Shown here: positions 27,783 through 36,436 of the stretch, piece after piece
Position numbering within the stretch: the stretch's first letter is position 1
Layout of the letters: every line of letters starts with the position of its first letter
DNA from: Candidatus Micrarchaeota archaeon
Lineage (GTDB): Archaea; Micrarchaeota; Micrarchaeia; Norongarragalinales; UBA8480
DNA: 46,426 bases
Direction: 5' to 3'
Assembly: GCA_043805855.1 (NCBI GenBank)
Contig: JAZDHP010000010.1
Location: 1-46,426, forward strand
Program-made: the position numbers and the translations under genes
Notes under the pieces: generated by a model
What the model saw: the letters and a program-made list of their open reading frames with translations, nothing else
What the model was told of the DNA's origin: nothing
The model's database searches: none

Positions 27783-28949
27783 GTGGGAGTTTTACTTGAA
27801 AAGATAAAAGATGGCAAAATAATTGTAACCGACGCGTCGAGCGTTGGCTCGCTGTTAAAAGGGTTTTTCGGAAGCCAGTACGGTGAGAACAAATCTAAAA
27901 TACAACTAATGCCAGAAGAAGCGCTGTATCTTTCAGATGTGCGTAACGCCGTGTGTACAGACAATAATGTTCCAATTACTTTTAACGAGTTAGCTGCGCC
28001 TTTCAAAGACCAAGAAAAATTTCTTGCAAGATATTTTTGTTACCGTGACTGGCGTGACCGTGCGTTAATTGCACGGGATATGAGCGAAGCTGAAGATACT
28101 AACTATGGCCGCTCGCCAGTTGTCAAATATCCTTCGCAGGATTTAGTTGTACCTCAAGTCAAGAGCAAGGCGCTGTACTTTCCCGACGATTTAATGGCGG
28201 TCATGGACGACGATGAAGAAGGCCGTTCACTTTACGACGGCTATTGGCTTGGACAGTACGGCACTTACAAAGCGAAAAAACACGGCCGCTTACTTAAGCT
28301 AGACGCTTATGAGTGTCTATTCCTCGCAAAGCACGGAAAGATGAAACTCGATATTTCTCCGACGAAATTGCTCCGCGAGGCAAAAAAGCGCCGCAATGAC
28401 TTCGAAGCGCTGTACGACGTTTACGAAGATTTACGCCTGCGTGGTTTCGTGTTGAAAACTGGGTTTAAGTTCGGAACACACTTTCGTTTGTACTTCCCCG
28501 GCGCAAAGCCATCGCTTGACCAAGCAGAGTGGATGCACTCGAAGCACGTTATCCACGTTTTTCCACGCGACGCAAAGATGCTAATTTCAGAGTGGGCGCG
28601 CGCAATTAGAGTGGCGCACGGGGTGAAGAAAACTTTCATCTTGGCAATTCCAGGGAGAAAGCGCGAGTCAAAAGCTAAACTTGATTTCTTACTTTACCAC
28701 CGGAAGCACGGCAACGCGGAGAATCCAAAGGAACACAAACCGAAGTTCGTAATGCTGGCGTTGAGTGAAGAGGAGGAAATCGGCGGACAAGAATTGGCGC
28801 AGGCTATAGTGAGAGCAAAAGACTTAGGTCTCGACTTGATTTTAAGTATCTGCGACCGCGAGACAAGCATAACGCACTATCGTGTTAAACGTATTGAACT
28901 GCCAAAAAGTCAATACGAATACTATGAGATTGAGTGGGTACAACCATGA
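27783..28949 (+). CDS. endA: tRNA-splicing endonuclease, three-unit epsilon2 (ARMAN) type
   Basis: 388 aa; EEALYL unit; catalytic unit KTGFKFGTHFRLY...HSKH...RVAHGVKK; ARMAN-specific-loop-like GQYGTYKAKKHG. Confidence 0.92.
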   Translation: MGVLLEKIKDGKIIVTDASSVGSLLKGFFGSQYGENKSKIQLMPEEALYLSDVRNAVCTDNNVPITFNELAAPFKDQEKFLARYFCYRDWRDRALIARDMSEAEDTNYGRSPVVKYPSQDLVVPQVKSKALYFPDDLMAVMDDDEEGRSLYDGYWLGQYGTYKAKKHGRLLKLDAYECLFLAKHGKMKLDISPTKLLREAKKRRNDFEALYDVYEDLRLRGFVLKTGFKFGTHFRLYFPGAKPSLDQAEWMHSKHVIHVFPRDAKMLISEWARAIRVAHGVKKTFILAIPGRKRESKAKLDFLLYHRKHGNAENPKEHKPKFVMLALSEEEEIGGQELAQAIVRAKDLGLDLILSICDRETSITHYRVKRIELPKSQYEYYEIEWVQP

Positions 28950-29050
28950 TTAGCTTAGATTTACTTAAAGGTTTCTTTTTTCATCGATGTTTTTTCTTTG
29001 TGAAAGAAAAAAGATCGGAGTATTATGAGATTGAGTGGGTGCAACCTTAA
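28917..29050 (+). repeat. 33-nt direct repeat of the endA 3' end (28917-28949 and 29018-29050) flanking a T/A hairpin
   Basis: GAATACTATGAGATTGAGTGGGTACAACCATGA versus GAGTATTATGAGATTGAGTGGGTGCAACCTTAA; both encode EYYEIEWVQP-stop. Confidence 0.9.
28946..29050 (+). CDS. Possible 34-aa peptide ending in the EndA C-terminal decapeptide
   Basis: MISLDLLKGFFFHRCFFFVKEKRSEYYEIEWVQP; ATGA overlap with endA and TAATG overlap with the next gene. Confidence 0.3.
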   Translation: MISLDLLKGFFFHRCFFFVKEKRSEYYEIEWVQP

Positions 29051-29694
29051 TGGCACATTTATATTATTATGATTCAGCTCCGCCGCATTTTTCTGAAAAA
29101 AGCACCAGAACATTGGGAAGAATGTTAGTTAGATTATCTGACTTTATGCACAAAAAGGGAATTAAGCAGATAGTAGGGATTGGTCCAACTGCAACGCCGT
29201 ACGTGCGGGCAATTGCACGTGCGCATGCTAACCGTTACGGGGTTAAGCTAAAAGTTGTTGCGCTTGGCCATGCTGGTGAAAGAATTTCCCGAGCCGCTAA
29301 TGATATTTCAATACCTCTTGCAGCTGATTTGCTTTCTAATGAGCTAGCTGATTGTAGAAAGAAAACGTTATTGTTTGATGAAATTGTTGACAAGGGTACG
29401 CAAATGAAAGGCATTAAAGCTGCATTTAAACATCTCCAAATTCCGCACGAAACAGCTACTTTTGCAAAACACCCCCGCTCTTGCTATAGTCGTTTATCGT
29501 TTGTTGGCGGTAATTTGCTTTATCTTCCATGGGATTTCATACGTGCACTTCAGTTACGGCGAGGCCAGCTGTTAAGTGACTATTATTCGGGAACTCCTGG
29601 CAAGCGGCGGTATGAGGTAAGTTTAGCTTTTGATCATTTGAGAAAAGTGAGAAAAGAACTTCGCGAAATCGCTAATTCAGTTCCACGAAAGTGA
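29050..29694 (+). CDS. Basic protein with phosphoribosyltransferase-like motif
   Basis: KKTLLFDEIVDKGTQM resembles the type I PRTase PRPP loop; ATG 29050. Confidence 0.55.
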   Translation: MAHLYYYDSAPPHFSEKSTRTLGRMLVRLSDFMHKKGIKQIVGIGPTATPYVRAIARAHANRYGVKLKVVALGHAGERISRAANDISIPLAADLLSNELADCRKKTLLFDEIVDKGTQMKGIKAAFKHLQIPHETATFAKHPRSCYSRLSFVGGNLLYLPWDFIRALQLRRGQLLSDYYSGTPGKRRYEVSLAFDHLRKVRKELREIANSVPRK

Positions 29695-29756
29695 CTTATT
29701 TATTGTAGAGTATGGTACGCAAAACCTTATAAATGTTGCGGGGTATAATATGCAAT

Positions 29757-31115
29757 ATGATAAATGATGAAATTGGTTTTGTTAATGAGCTTTTGAAGGT
29801 AAACGAATGGTGGGCTACTGGAACGTCTAGAAAAGCTGAGAAATATCCTAAACGCCGGACAGTTTTTTCAAAGCTTGAAACTGAGTTGCAATCTAATCGC
29901 GTATTAATGTTGTTTGGATGCCGTAGGGTTGGCAAGTCAGTAGCGTTGCACCAACTTATTCAAAAATTACTAGATTCGAGAGTTCCTAGGGAAAACATTC
30001 TTTACTATCAACTTGACGATCCTTCGCTGTTGAGTTACGCAAGCGAGCCAGTTAAAGATTTGATTGAATATGCCTTGTCGAAAAAAAACAGGGGCAAAAC
30101 CTACGTTTTCCTTGACGAAGTTCAAGCTTCCCAAGAGTGGTATAAATGGATAAAAGCGTACCAAGACAGGCAGCTTGACTTGAAGTTCGTGCTTTCTGGT
30201 TCCTCTAGCCTTAGGATTCAAACTGATGCAAATAAGTACTTGCGGGGCAGAACAACTGAAGTGGAAATGTCTCCACTTGGTTTTCGCGAGTTTCTTGAAA
30301 TGAACGAAATTGAAATTCCGCATGTAAAAAAAGATGCAGCAAGTTTATCTGTGGCCAAAACTAAACTGTCAAAACCACTTGAAGAGTATATGCTTGTAGG
30401 TGGTTTTCCAGAGTGGCTTGAAGTGAAAAAACAGGAAGATTCAGTTCAACGTTGGATGAGTCACTTGCTAAGTGATGTTCCGAAAAAAGCCATTTATGAA
30501 GATATCGCGGTTTTTTTCGGCATACGTAACCCGAAAGTGCTTGACCTCTTGCTTAATTTCATTGCGGTAAACCAAAGCAAAATACTATCGTATGAAAAAA
30601 TGTCTCAAACAGTTGGTATTGACCGGTTAACTATTTTAAACTATTTGGAATTCCTCAAGGCAAGTTACTTGATTTTTGAAATTCCAGTTTACGGCAGCCC
30701 CAAAAAGCAAATTAAAGCGATGAAAAAGTTTCTAGTGACTGACCAAGGGTTAAGGAACTCGCTTGTTAAGGAGTATTCACTCCGCGAGGACAATCAAGGG
30801 TTTATAGTTGAAAACCTAGTTGGAACAACATTATACTCAAACTTTGAAAGCGTAACTTACTGGCGTGAACAGAAGCACGAAGTTGACTTTGTAGCTGGCG
30901 ATATTCCAATTGAGGTAAAGTACAAGAATGTAATAGGTAAGGGAGATTTGAATGGTTTGTTGAAATTCCTGGAAAAAAACGGAAAAAACAAAGGCGCGGT
31001 AATAACTAAAGATAAGTTTGGCAGAGAAACTATTGAAAACAAGCAAATAACATTCATTCCATTTTGGCTCTTTTTGCTAGAACCAAATATTATTAGCGAG
31101 GGAGTAAAACAATGA
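29757..31115 (+). CDS. AAA_14 ATPase with DUF4143 (PD-(D/E)xK-like) C-terminus
   Basis: GCRRVGKS, VFLDEVQ, SGSSSL, LRGR, GGFPE, EVDFV...IPIEVKY. Confidence 0.9.
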   Translation: MINDEIGFVNELLKVNEWWATGTSRKAEKYPKRRTVFSKLETELQSNRVLMLFGCRRVGKSVALHQLIQKLLDSRVPRENILYYQLDDPSLLSYASEPVKDLIEYALSKKNRGKTYVFLDEVQASQEWYKWIKAYQDRQLDLKFVLSGSSSLRIQTDANKYLRGRTTEVEMSPLGFREFLEMNEIEIPHVKKDAASLSVAKTKLSKPLEEYMLVGGFPEWLEVKKQEDSVQRWMSHLLSDVPKKAIYEDIAVFFGIRNPKVLDLLLNFIAVNQSKILSYEKMSQTVGIDRLTILNYLEFLKASYLIFEIPVYGSPKKQIKAMKKFLVTDQGLRNSLVKEYSLREDNQGFIVENLVGTTLYSNFESVTYWREQKHEVDFVAGDIPIEVKYKNVIGKGDLNGLLKFLEKNGKNKGAVITKDKFGRETIENKQITFIPFWLFLLEPNIISEGVKQ

Positions 31116-31330
31116 GTGAAGAGCGCCATTTCTCGCCTGAACATGCTGAAACGTTGAAGGGAATTTTTGTTCGGTTATCTGACTTTATGCATGAAAAAGG
31201 AATTGAGCAAATTGCGGGTATTGGTCCAACTGCCACGCCATTCGTTAGAGCAATTGCTGTTCCGCAGTTGATTTATACTTTAACTGGACAAATTATTGGT
31301 GAAAGTTATGGGTGTTTTTGGCACTGTTGA
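31112..31330 (+). pseudogene. Truncated paralog of 29050..29694
   Basis: HFS...VRLSDFMHEKGIEQIAGIGPTATPFVRAIA matches the N-terminus, then similarity ends near 31258. Confidence 0.7.
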
Positions 31331-31553
31331 GGGAAAATTCTTCTGTCCGTTTTGCGGTTCTAAATTGCAAGATTTTCAAACAAAAGACCTTAATCACTTG
31401 CTTAATGTATATAGTTTTGTAAAGAAAACACAAGTAGGTTACCCGAGTGTAGAGATTCATACAGATTGTAAAAAATGCAAAAATTGGATAAGTTTAAACG
31501 TAGCAAGACAAAATTTACAATTAGCAAAAGGAGAGGTTTCATATGAAGTTTAA
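31308..31553 (+). CDS. Small zinc-ribbon protein
   Basis: CPFCG...FQTKD...CKKC; GGTGA RBS. Confidence 0.65.
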   Translation: MGVFGTVEGKFFCPFCGSKLQDFQTKDLNHLLNVYSFVKKTQVGYPSVEIHTDCKKCKNWISLNVARQNLQLAKGEVSYEV

Positions 31554-32508
31554 AAACGTTTCTTTCCAACGCAAAGCAAGTGGTAGAATCTCGCTCCCTA
31601 GTGTCAAGGGGTTTGACGTTAATGACGAAATGCCAGTTTCTAAACTAGTGGAAAAGATGTCCACTCTTGGTTTCCAAGCAACTGAATTAGGAAAGGGCGT
31701 CGCGTTATTGAAAGAGATGAAAAAAGATAAGGCAACTATTTTCCTCGCGTTTACTTCTAACATAATTTCTTCAGGGTTAAGGGAAATAGTGGCGCAGTTA
31801 TGCCGCGAAAAAGCAGTGCAGTGCATTATAACGAGCACCGGTGCAATTGAAGAGGATTGCATGAAAAGCAAAAACGATTTCCTGCTAGGTACGTTTGATG
31901 TTGACGATGAGCAAATAAAGAAACAAGCGTTGAACAGAATTGGAAACATACTAGTTCCTGACGATTACTATGCTGGTTTTGAAAAGTTTAACTTGAAATT
32001 CCTAAGCGAATTGTACGCTGAGAACAAAGTTATTTCTCCTTCAATTTACTGCAAGAAACTCGGCGAGAAAATCAGCGATAAGAATTCATTCTTGTACTGG
32101 GCTAGCAAAAATAATATTCCCGTTATTGTTCCGGGGTTTGTCGACGGTGCAATTGGCGACCACGTTTTCTTTTTCAACCAAGATAAAAAAGCAGGCGAGA
32201 AGTTGATTGTCGACCAAGCGCAGGATTTGGCGAAATTTTATAATGTTATGTTAACCGCTGAAAAAACCGGTGGGTTAATTGTCGGCGGCGGAATTGCCAA
32301 GCATCATCTTATCGGCGCAGCGATTTTGAGAAATGGTTTAGATTATGTTGTGTATGTTGGCACTGGAACGCAGTACGATGGTTCGCTTAGTGGCGCGAGG
32401 CCAACAGAAGCAGTTAGTTGGAATAAGTTAAAAGATAAAAAGAAAAGCGCGTTTATCGAAGCAGAAGCAACTCTTGTAATGCCGTTTCTTGCATTGGCGC
32501 TGTTATAG
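31543..32508 (+). CDS. dys: Deoxyhypusine synthase
   Basis: GFQAT.LG, TSNIISSGLRE, NRIGN, GGGIAKHH, DGSLSGARP.EAVSW.K. Confidence 0.96.
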   Translation: MKFKNVSFQRKASGRISLPSVKGFDVNDEMPVSKLVEKMSTLGFQATELGKGVALLKEMKKDKATIFLAFTSNIISSGLREIVAQLCREKAVQCIITSTGAIEEDCMKSKNDFLLGTFDVDDEQIKKQALNRIGNILVPDDYYAGFEKFNLKFLSELYAENKVISPSIYCKKLGEKISDKNSFLYWASKNNIPVIVPGFVDGAIGDHVFFFNQDKKAGEKLIVDQAQDLAKFYNVMLTAEKTGGLIVGGGIAKHHLIGAAILRNGLDYVVYVGTGTQYDGSLSGARPTEAVSWNKLKDKKKSAFIEAEATLVMPFLALALL

Positions 32509-32596
32509 TTCTAGTCTCTATCTAAACGCATAGCGTATCTTCCGCCTGCGCCCATTACGCCGTGCGTTCGCGTTAAAGTTTCAAAGCGTGTTTCGG

Positions 32597-32962
32597 CTAG
32601 TCTGCCCTAGCTTCTCTATTGGAGCGTTCGGCCATTAGCCTATTGAATTCTCCACGGTATTTTTTATAAATTGTAAACGTGTGGTCTGCTACGTTCATGT
32701 GCGGCTCGCCAATTGTTACCTGTGCAACTCCCCAAGGCGCGCGTATTTTTTGTCTACCGCAATAAACGCTTCCCGTTGGTTTGCCGAAAGTCGCGGTTAT
32801 TGCTTCTAATATTATCCTTCGATTTGCAGCAGTTGGATTTCTTATTTTTACAACTATTTTGTCAGGGGTGTCTCGTTTAACCGTAAGTTTCGGCGCGTGT
32901 TCTCCAGTTAAAAATTGAAACAAAGGGTAAACTTTTGACATATTTTTTTCCTCTTTTTTCAT
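32597..32962 (-). CDS. Small basic hypothetical protein (divergent member of a 3-gene array)
   Basis: L.G..A....V......I.V...N.T......EA....FG pattern shared with its two neighbours; alternative start 32941. Confidence 0.6.
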   Translation of the reverse strand: MKKEEKNMSKVYPLFQFLTGEHAPKLTVKRDTPDKIVVKIRNPTAANRRIILEAITATFGKPTGSVYCGRQKIRAPWGVAQVTIGEPHMNVADHTFTIYKKYRGEFNRLMAERSNREARAD

Positions 32963-33273
32963 TCTTTAACTCGTGATATTATTCCTTTAGTGCCTGTTTT
33001 TAATTTTATAAATACGTCTGGAGGCAAATGTTCTTGAGAAATTTCTGGAACTAACCAAGCTGTAAAGTGTCGAGTTTCAATAATGCGCTTGCCTTTATTG
33101 CCTTTTCTAGATGGCCCGAATTGCGCAAAGGCTTCGTGAAGTGCGGCTAAATGTTCAGGCGTTCTATTGTGTAGCCTAACTTCTATCTGACTGCCAGCTT
33201 TCACTTTTACCCGAAACGTCCGCGCAAGTGGACCTTTAAGTATAGCGACGAGCGCTTCTCCGGGGTTGTTCAT
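32959..33273 (-). CDS. Small basic hypothetical protein (paralog of 33362..33682)
   Basis: AILKGPLARTFRV...NRTPEHL.ALHEAFA...VPEIS.EHLPPDV. Confidence 0.75.
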   Translation of the reverse strand: MNNPGEALVAILKGPLARTFRVKVKAGSQIEVRLHNRTPEHLAALHEAFAQFGPSRKGNKGKRIIETRHFTAWLVPEISQEHLPPDVFIKLKTGTKGIISRVKE

Positions 33274-33361
33274 GTATTACTTTTTGCCAGCCTGGGTTTT
33301 TAACTGTGTTTTTTGGTTAATTAGAACAATAAGTAACGAACGTATGTTTTTCTCTTATTTC

Positions 33362-33682
33362 TTAATCTTCTCTTCTAAATTGTGTTCTAACTCCACTTAA
33401 TCCACTTTTTAATAATCTTATACGTACATCTGGAGGTAAATGCTCTGGAGAAATTTCTGGCACAATAATTACTTTGAAAGAACGTTTTTCAAAGACAAGC
33501 TTACCTTTTTGTCCGGTTCTAGGTTTTCCAAGTGGCGCAAAGGCTTCGTGAAGTGCGGTTAAATGTTCTGGGGTTCTATTTTTTAACCTCAATTCAAGAT
33601 CGTTTCCATGCACTCGCACTCGAAATGTCGGCGCAAGTGGACCTTGGAGTATAGCAAGTAATGCAGCTGCTTGTTTGTGCAT
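33362..33682 (-). CDS. Small basic hypothetical protein (paralog of 32959..33273)
   Basis: Same motifs; near-identical 43-nt start/promoter block at 33271-33313 and 33680-33722. Confidence 0.75.
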   Translation of the reverse strand: MHKQAAALLAILQGPLAPTFRVRVHGNDLELRLKNRTPEHLTALHEAFAPLGKPRTGQKGKLVFEKRSFKVIIVPEISPEHLPPDVRIRLLKSGLSGVRTQFRRED

Positions 33683-33748
33683 GTATTACTTTTTGCCAGC
33701 CTAGGTTTTTAAGTGTGTTTTTCGCACTTATAATGTGATTTTTGCATT

Positions 33749-35350
33749 ATGTCTTTACATTGGGCTGACCAACTAGCTGAAAAAATTATCGAACGCGCAC
33801 ACCGCGATAAAATTATACCAAACATAAAGTGCCAGCAAACTCCATCTGGCGGTAAACATATAGGTAACTTGAACGACGTTATGCGCGCCTACTTTCCATA
33901 CAAAGCAGTAATTGAACGCGGTGAAAAGTGCACCTTCGTACATACTACTGACGATCGCGATCCATTGAAAGACATTCCAGCTAAACTTGCGGATTTAGAT
34001 GCGAATTGGCACGACGCGGCTAAGTTTCCAGAGTTGAAGAAATTCTACGGCAAGCCACTTGTCACTGTTCCAGACCCGTTTGGCTGTTGTTCAAGCTACG
34101 CTAGCCATTTTACTGAAGTGTGGATGCGGGGACTAGAAGAGATAGGTGTTAAGCCCGAGTTGCACAGTGTTGATGATTTGTATAAGAAGAAGAAATTCGA
34201 ACCGTATGTAAAAATGGTTTTTGAAAAACGCGAGCAAGCGGGTAAAATCGTTTCCGACTTGCAGGCAACAAAGGACACCAGCTATATTCCGTTTGACGTG
34301 TTTTGTCCACAGTGCGGCGGGTTGTCAAACGTTGACGATTTTGACTTAGAGAAAAAAACAGTTCACTTTGTGTGCGGCGGGAAGGAAATTAAAAAGAAGA
34401 AATCAGAAGGGTGCGGCGAAGAAGGTTGGGCGCCGTGGACTCAAGGTAAATTACAGTGGCGCTTCGAGTGGCCCGCGTTAATGTGCATTTTTAACACTAC
34501 TTTTGAACCGTTTGGAAAAGACCACGCTGAAGGCTCGTGGAAAAGCGTGTTACGCATAATGCCTGAGATTTTCAACCGCGAGCCGCCAATTCCATTTGTC
34601 TATGAATTTTTCCTCGTAAACGGAGAAAAGATGTCCGCGTCTAAGGGTAATGTTTACGTTGTGCAGGATATGTTGAAAATAATGGAACCAGAACCGTTCA
34701 AATTCTATTACGTTAAGCGGCCGGAAAAGCAACGTGATTTGGATCTCAATAAAATTTTTCAACTTGTCGACGAGTTCGACGCCGCAGAGCAGAGTTTTTT
34801 TGGTATTGGTGACGAGAAGAGTGAAAACCGCGAGGAGAACAACAAGAGAATGTACGAGTTGACAATGTCTACAATTGCCAAAAATGCGCCGACGCGGGTT
34901 TCATTTTCATTTTGCGGCCAGTTATCTCAATTAATGAGCGTTGACGACGCGGTTGCCAAACTAAAAGAACTAGGTCACGTGAAAACCAAAGAAGATGTTG
35001 AACTTGTAAAGCGTAGGTTAGTTGTTGCAAGGCAATGGGTTCAACTTTACGGCGCCGAGCATAAAATAGTAATTTCAACTTCTTCGTTTGCACGTGAACA
35101 AAAAGAAAAACTTTCGCCTAGCCAACGTAGTGCACTTTCGCAATTTGCAGTTACTTTGAAAAAAGAAACAACCGCAGATGAAACCCAGCAAATGACTGCG
35201 GTTAGAGAAATCTGCAAAGAAAACAAGATACAAATTAATGACTTTTTTGCAGCAGCGTATGGCGTTTTGATAAACAAACCCCGCGGTCCAAAGCTATATA
35301 CGTTAATTTCTGTGATTGGCCGAGAAAAGGCAATCGAGCTTCTCACCTAG
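33749..35350 (+). CDS. lysS: Lysyl-tRNA synthetase, class I
   Basis: HWAD, TPSG..HIGN, GKLQWRFEWP, FEPFGKDH, KMSASKGN, RGPKL. Confidence 0.96.
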   Translation: MSLHWADQLAEKIIERAHRDKIIPNIKCQQTPSGGKHIGNLNDVMRAYFPYKAVIERGEKCTFVHTTDDRDPLKDIPAKLADLDANWHDAAKFPELKKFYGKPLVTVPDPFGCCSSYASHFTEVWMRGLEEIGVKPELHSVDDLYKKKKFEPYVKMVFEKREQAGKIVSDLQATKDTSYIPFDVFCPQCGGLSNVDDFDLEKKTVHFVCGGKEIKKKKSEGCGEEGWAPWTQGKLQWRFEWPALMCIFNTTFEPFGKDHAEGSWKSVLRIMPEIFNREPPIPFVYEFFLVNGEKMSASKGNVYVVQDMLKIMEPEPFKFYYVKRPEKQRDLDLNKIFQLVDEFDAAEQSFFGIGDEKSENREENNKRMYELTMSTIAKNAPTRVSFSFCGQLSQLMSVDDAVAKLKELGHVKTKEDVELVKRRLVVARQWVQLYGAEHKIVISTSSFAREQKEKLSPSQRSALSQFAVTLKKETTADETQQMTAVREICKENKIQINDFFAAAYGVLINKPRGPKLYTLISVIGREKAIELLT

Positions 35351-36170
35351 TACAATGCGCATCTTGGCAGGAAACCATACAGGGAATTGGTATTTCTTGC
35401 GGGGTGTCTCCGTCGCAGCTTTGTTCTAGTAGCTGAAATGCATTTGCGCACACGTCGTAAGCTTTTATCTCTTCTCCATTAACGCGGTGAATAGTGTAAC
35501 TTGCAGTGTACCAACCGTCGTCAGTATTTGCGTCGGCATCTTCACAAATTGCCGCCAAGCCGCTAGGTTGTGCGCTTGTTTGTTTGCATTGGTTTGTTTG
35601 TGTGTCGCAGCCGTTTGGACAACTGGCGACGCGTGTACTTATCAAACCGCTTTGTGCATCTACACAGTAGTGTTCTATGCGTGAGTTTGTTTCATAGCAT
35701 TCGTTTGTGTATACTCCTGTTTCGTTTGTGGCGCTGTTAGCATCTTCAGTGCAAGTTGAATTAAGCGCAGGTGTAGTTTCGAGATCTTCTGAAGTTGCAG
35801 AATCTTCAGAAGCAGTAGCATCTTCGGTATTTTCATCGCTGGGACTTTCACTTTGGCAATCAATGTCAGTAGTGACTGTTGATTTTATTTCTGTTGAATT
35901 GCTGTTTTTACAATTGTAAACTGTTCTAGTTGTGCCAATGCAACTATCAATGCGAGTTGTCACTATGGGCGTCTGTCCGGCTGTTGTTTGGTTTGTTGTA
36001 GTTGTGTGTCCTTCTTTAGCGCAACTTATGGTTTTGTTGTTTTCGCCTGTAAGTTGAGATTCTTTGCCTGTCGTTTGCAAATAAACAAAACCCGCTATTA
36101 TGATGATAATTAAAACCGCAACTACGGCAATCGCGGGTTTGTTTTTTAACAACGAATCAATAGTAGTCAT
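35343..36170 (-). CDS. N-terminally anchored Cys/Thr-rich surface protein
   Basis: N-terminal TM, acidic linker, repeated DxC...E.(Y/S)C...C..GC...C modules; ATG 36170. Confidence 0.7.
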   Translation of the reverse strand: MTTIDSLLKNKPAIAVVAVLIIIIIAGFVYLQTTGKESQLTGENNKTISCAKEGHTTTTNQTTAGQTPIVTTRIDSCIGTTRTVYNCKNSNSTEIKSTVTTDIDCQSESPSDENTEDATASEDSATSEDLETTPALNSTCTEDANSATNETGVYTNECYETNSRIEHYCVDAQSGLISTRVASCPNGCDTQTNQCKQTSAQPSGLAAICEDADANTDDGWYTASYTIHRVNGEEIKAYDVCANAFQLLEQSCDGDTPQEIPIPCMVSCQDAHCTR

Positions 36171-36273
36171 TATGACAAATAATGCGGGGGCACTTTTAAC
36201 CTTAACTATTTCTTTGCTAAAATTGCGCAAGGTGGCTAAATTTATCTCCCGTGCAAAGGTTAAAATGGGTTTT

Positions 36274-36409
36274 ATAGCAAAACCGAAAAGTCTTTAAGTA
36301 CTTTTCGGCCTTTTGCTATCTAGTAAACCGCTTAGTGAACCAAAAGACTTTCGCGGTTTACTATAACTTCAGATAGTTGTTACTAATGCTGCTATTGGTA
36401 TCATTAGTA
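36274..36409 (+). promoter_or_regulatory. Three consecutive inverted repeats upstream of eif2g (operator and structured 5' leader)
   Basis: ATAGCAAAA-CCGAAAAGT/ACTTTTCGG-CC-TTTTGCTAT around TTTAAGTA; TAGTAAACCGC/GCGGTTTACTA; TACTAATG/CATTAGTA. Confidence 0.55.
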
Positions 36410-36436
36410 TTTTTCTAACGTTTATAGTGAATTTTC

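Noticed and set aside
32510..32600. Short open frame after the stop of 32597..32962 suggesting a frameshifted extension
   Set aside because: About 30 codons with no slippery site or homology support.
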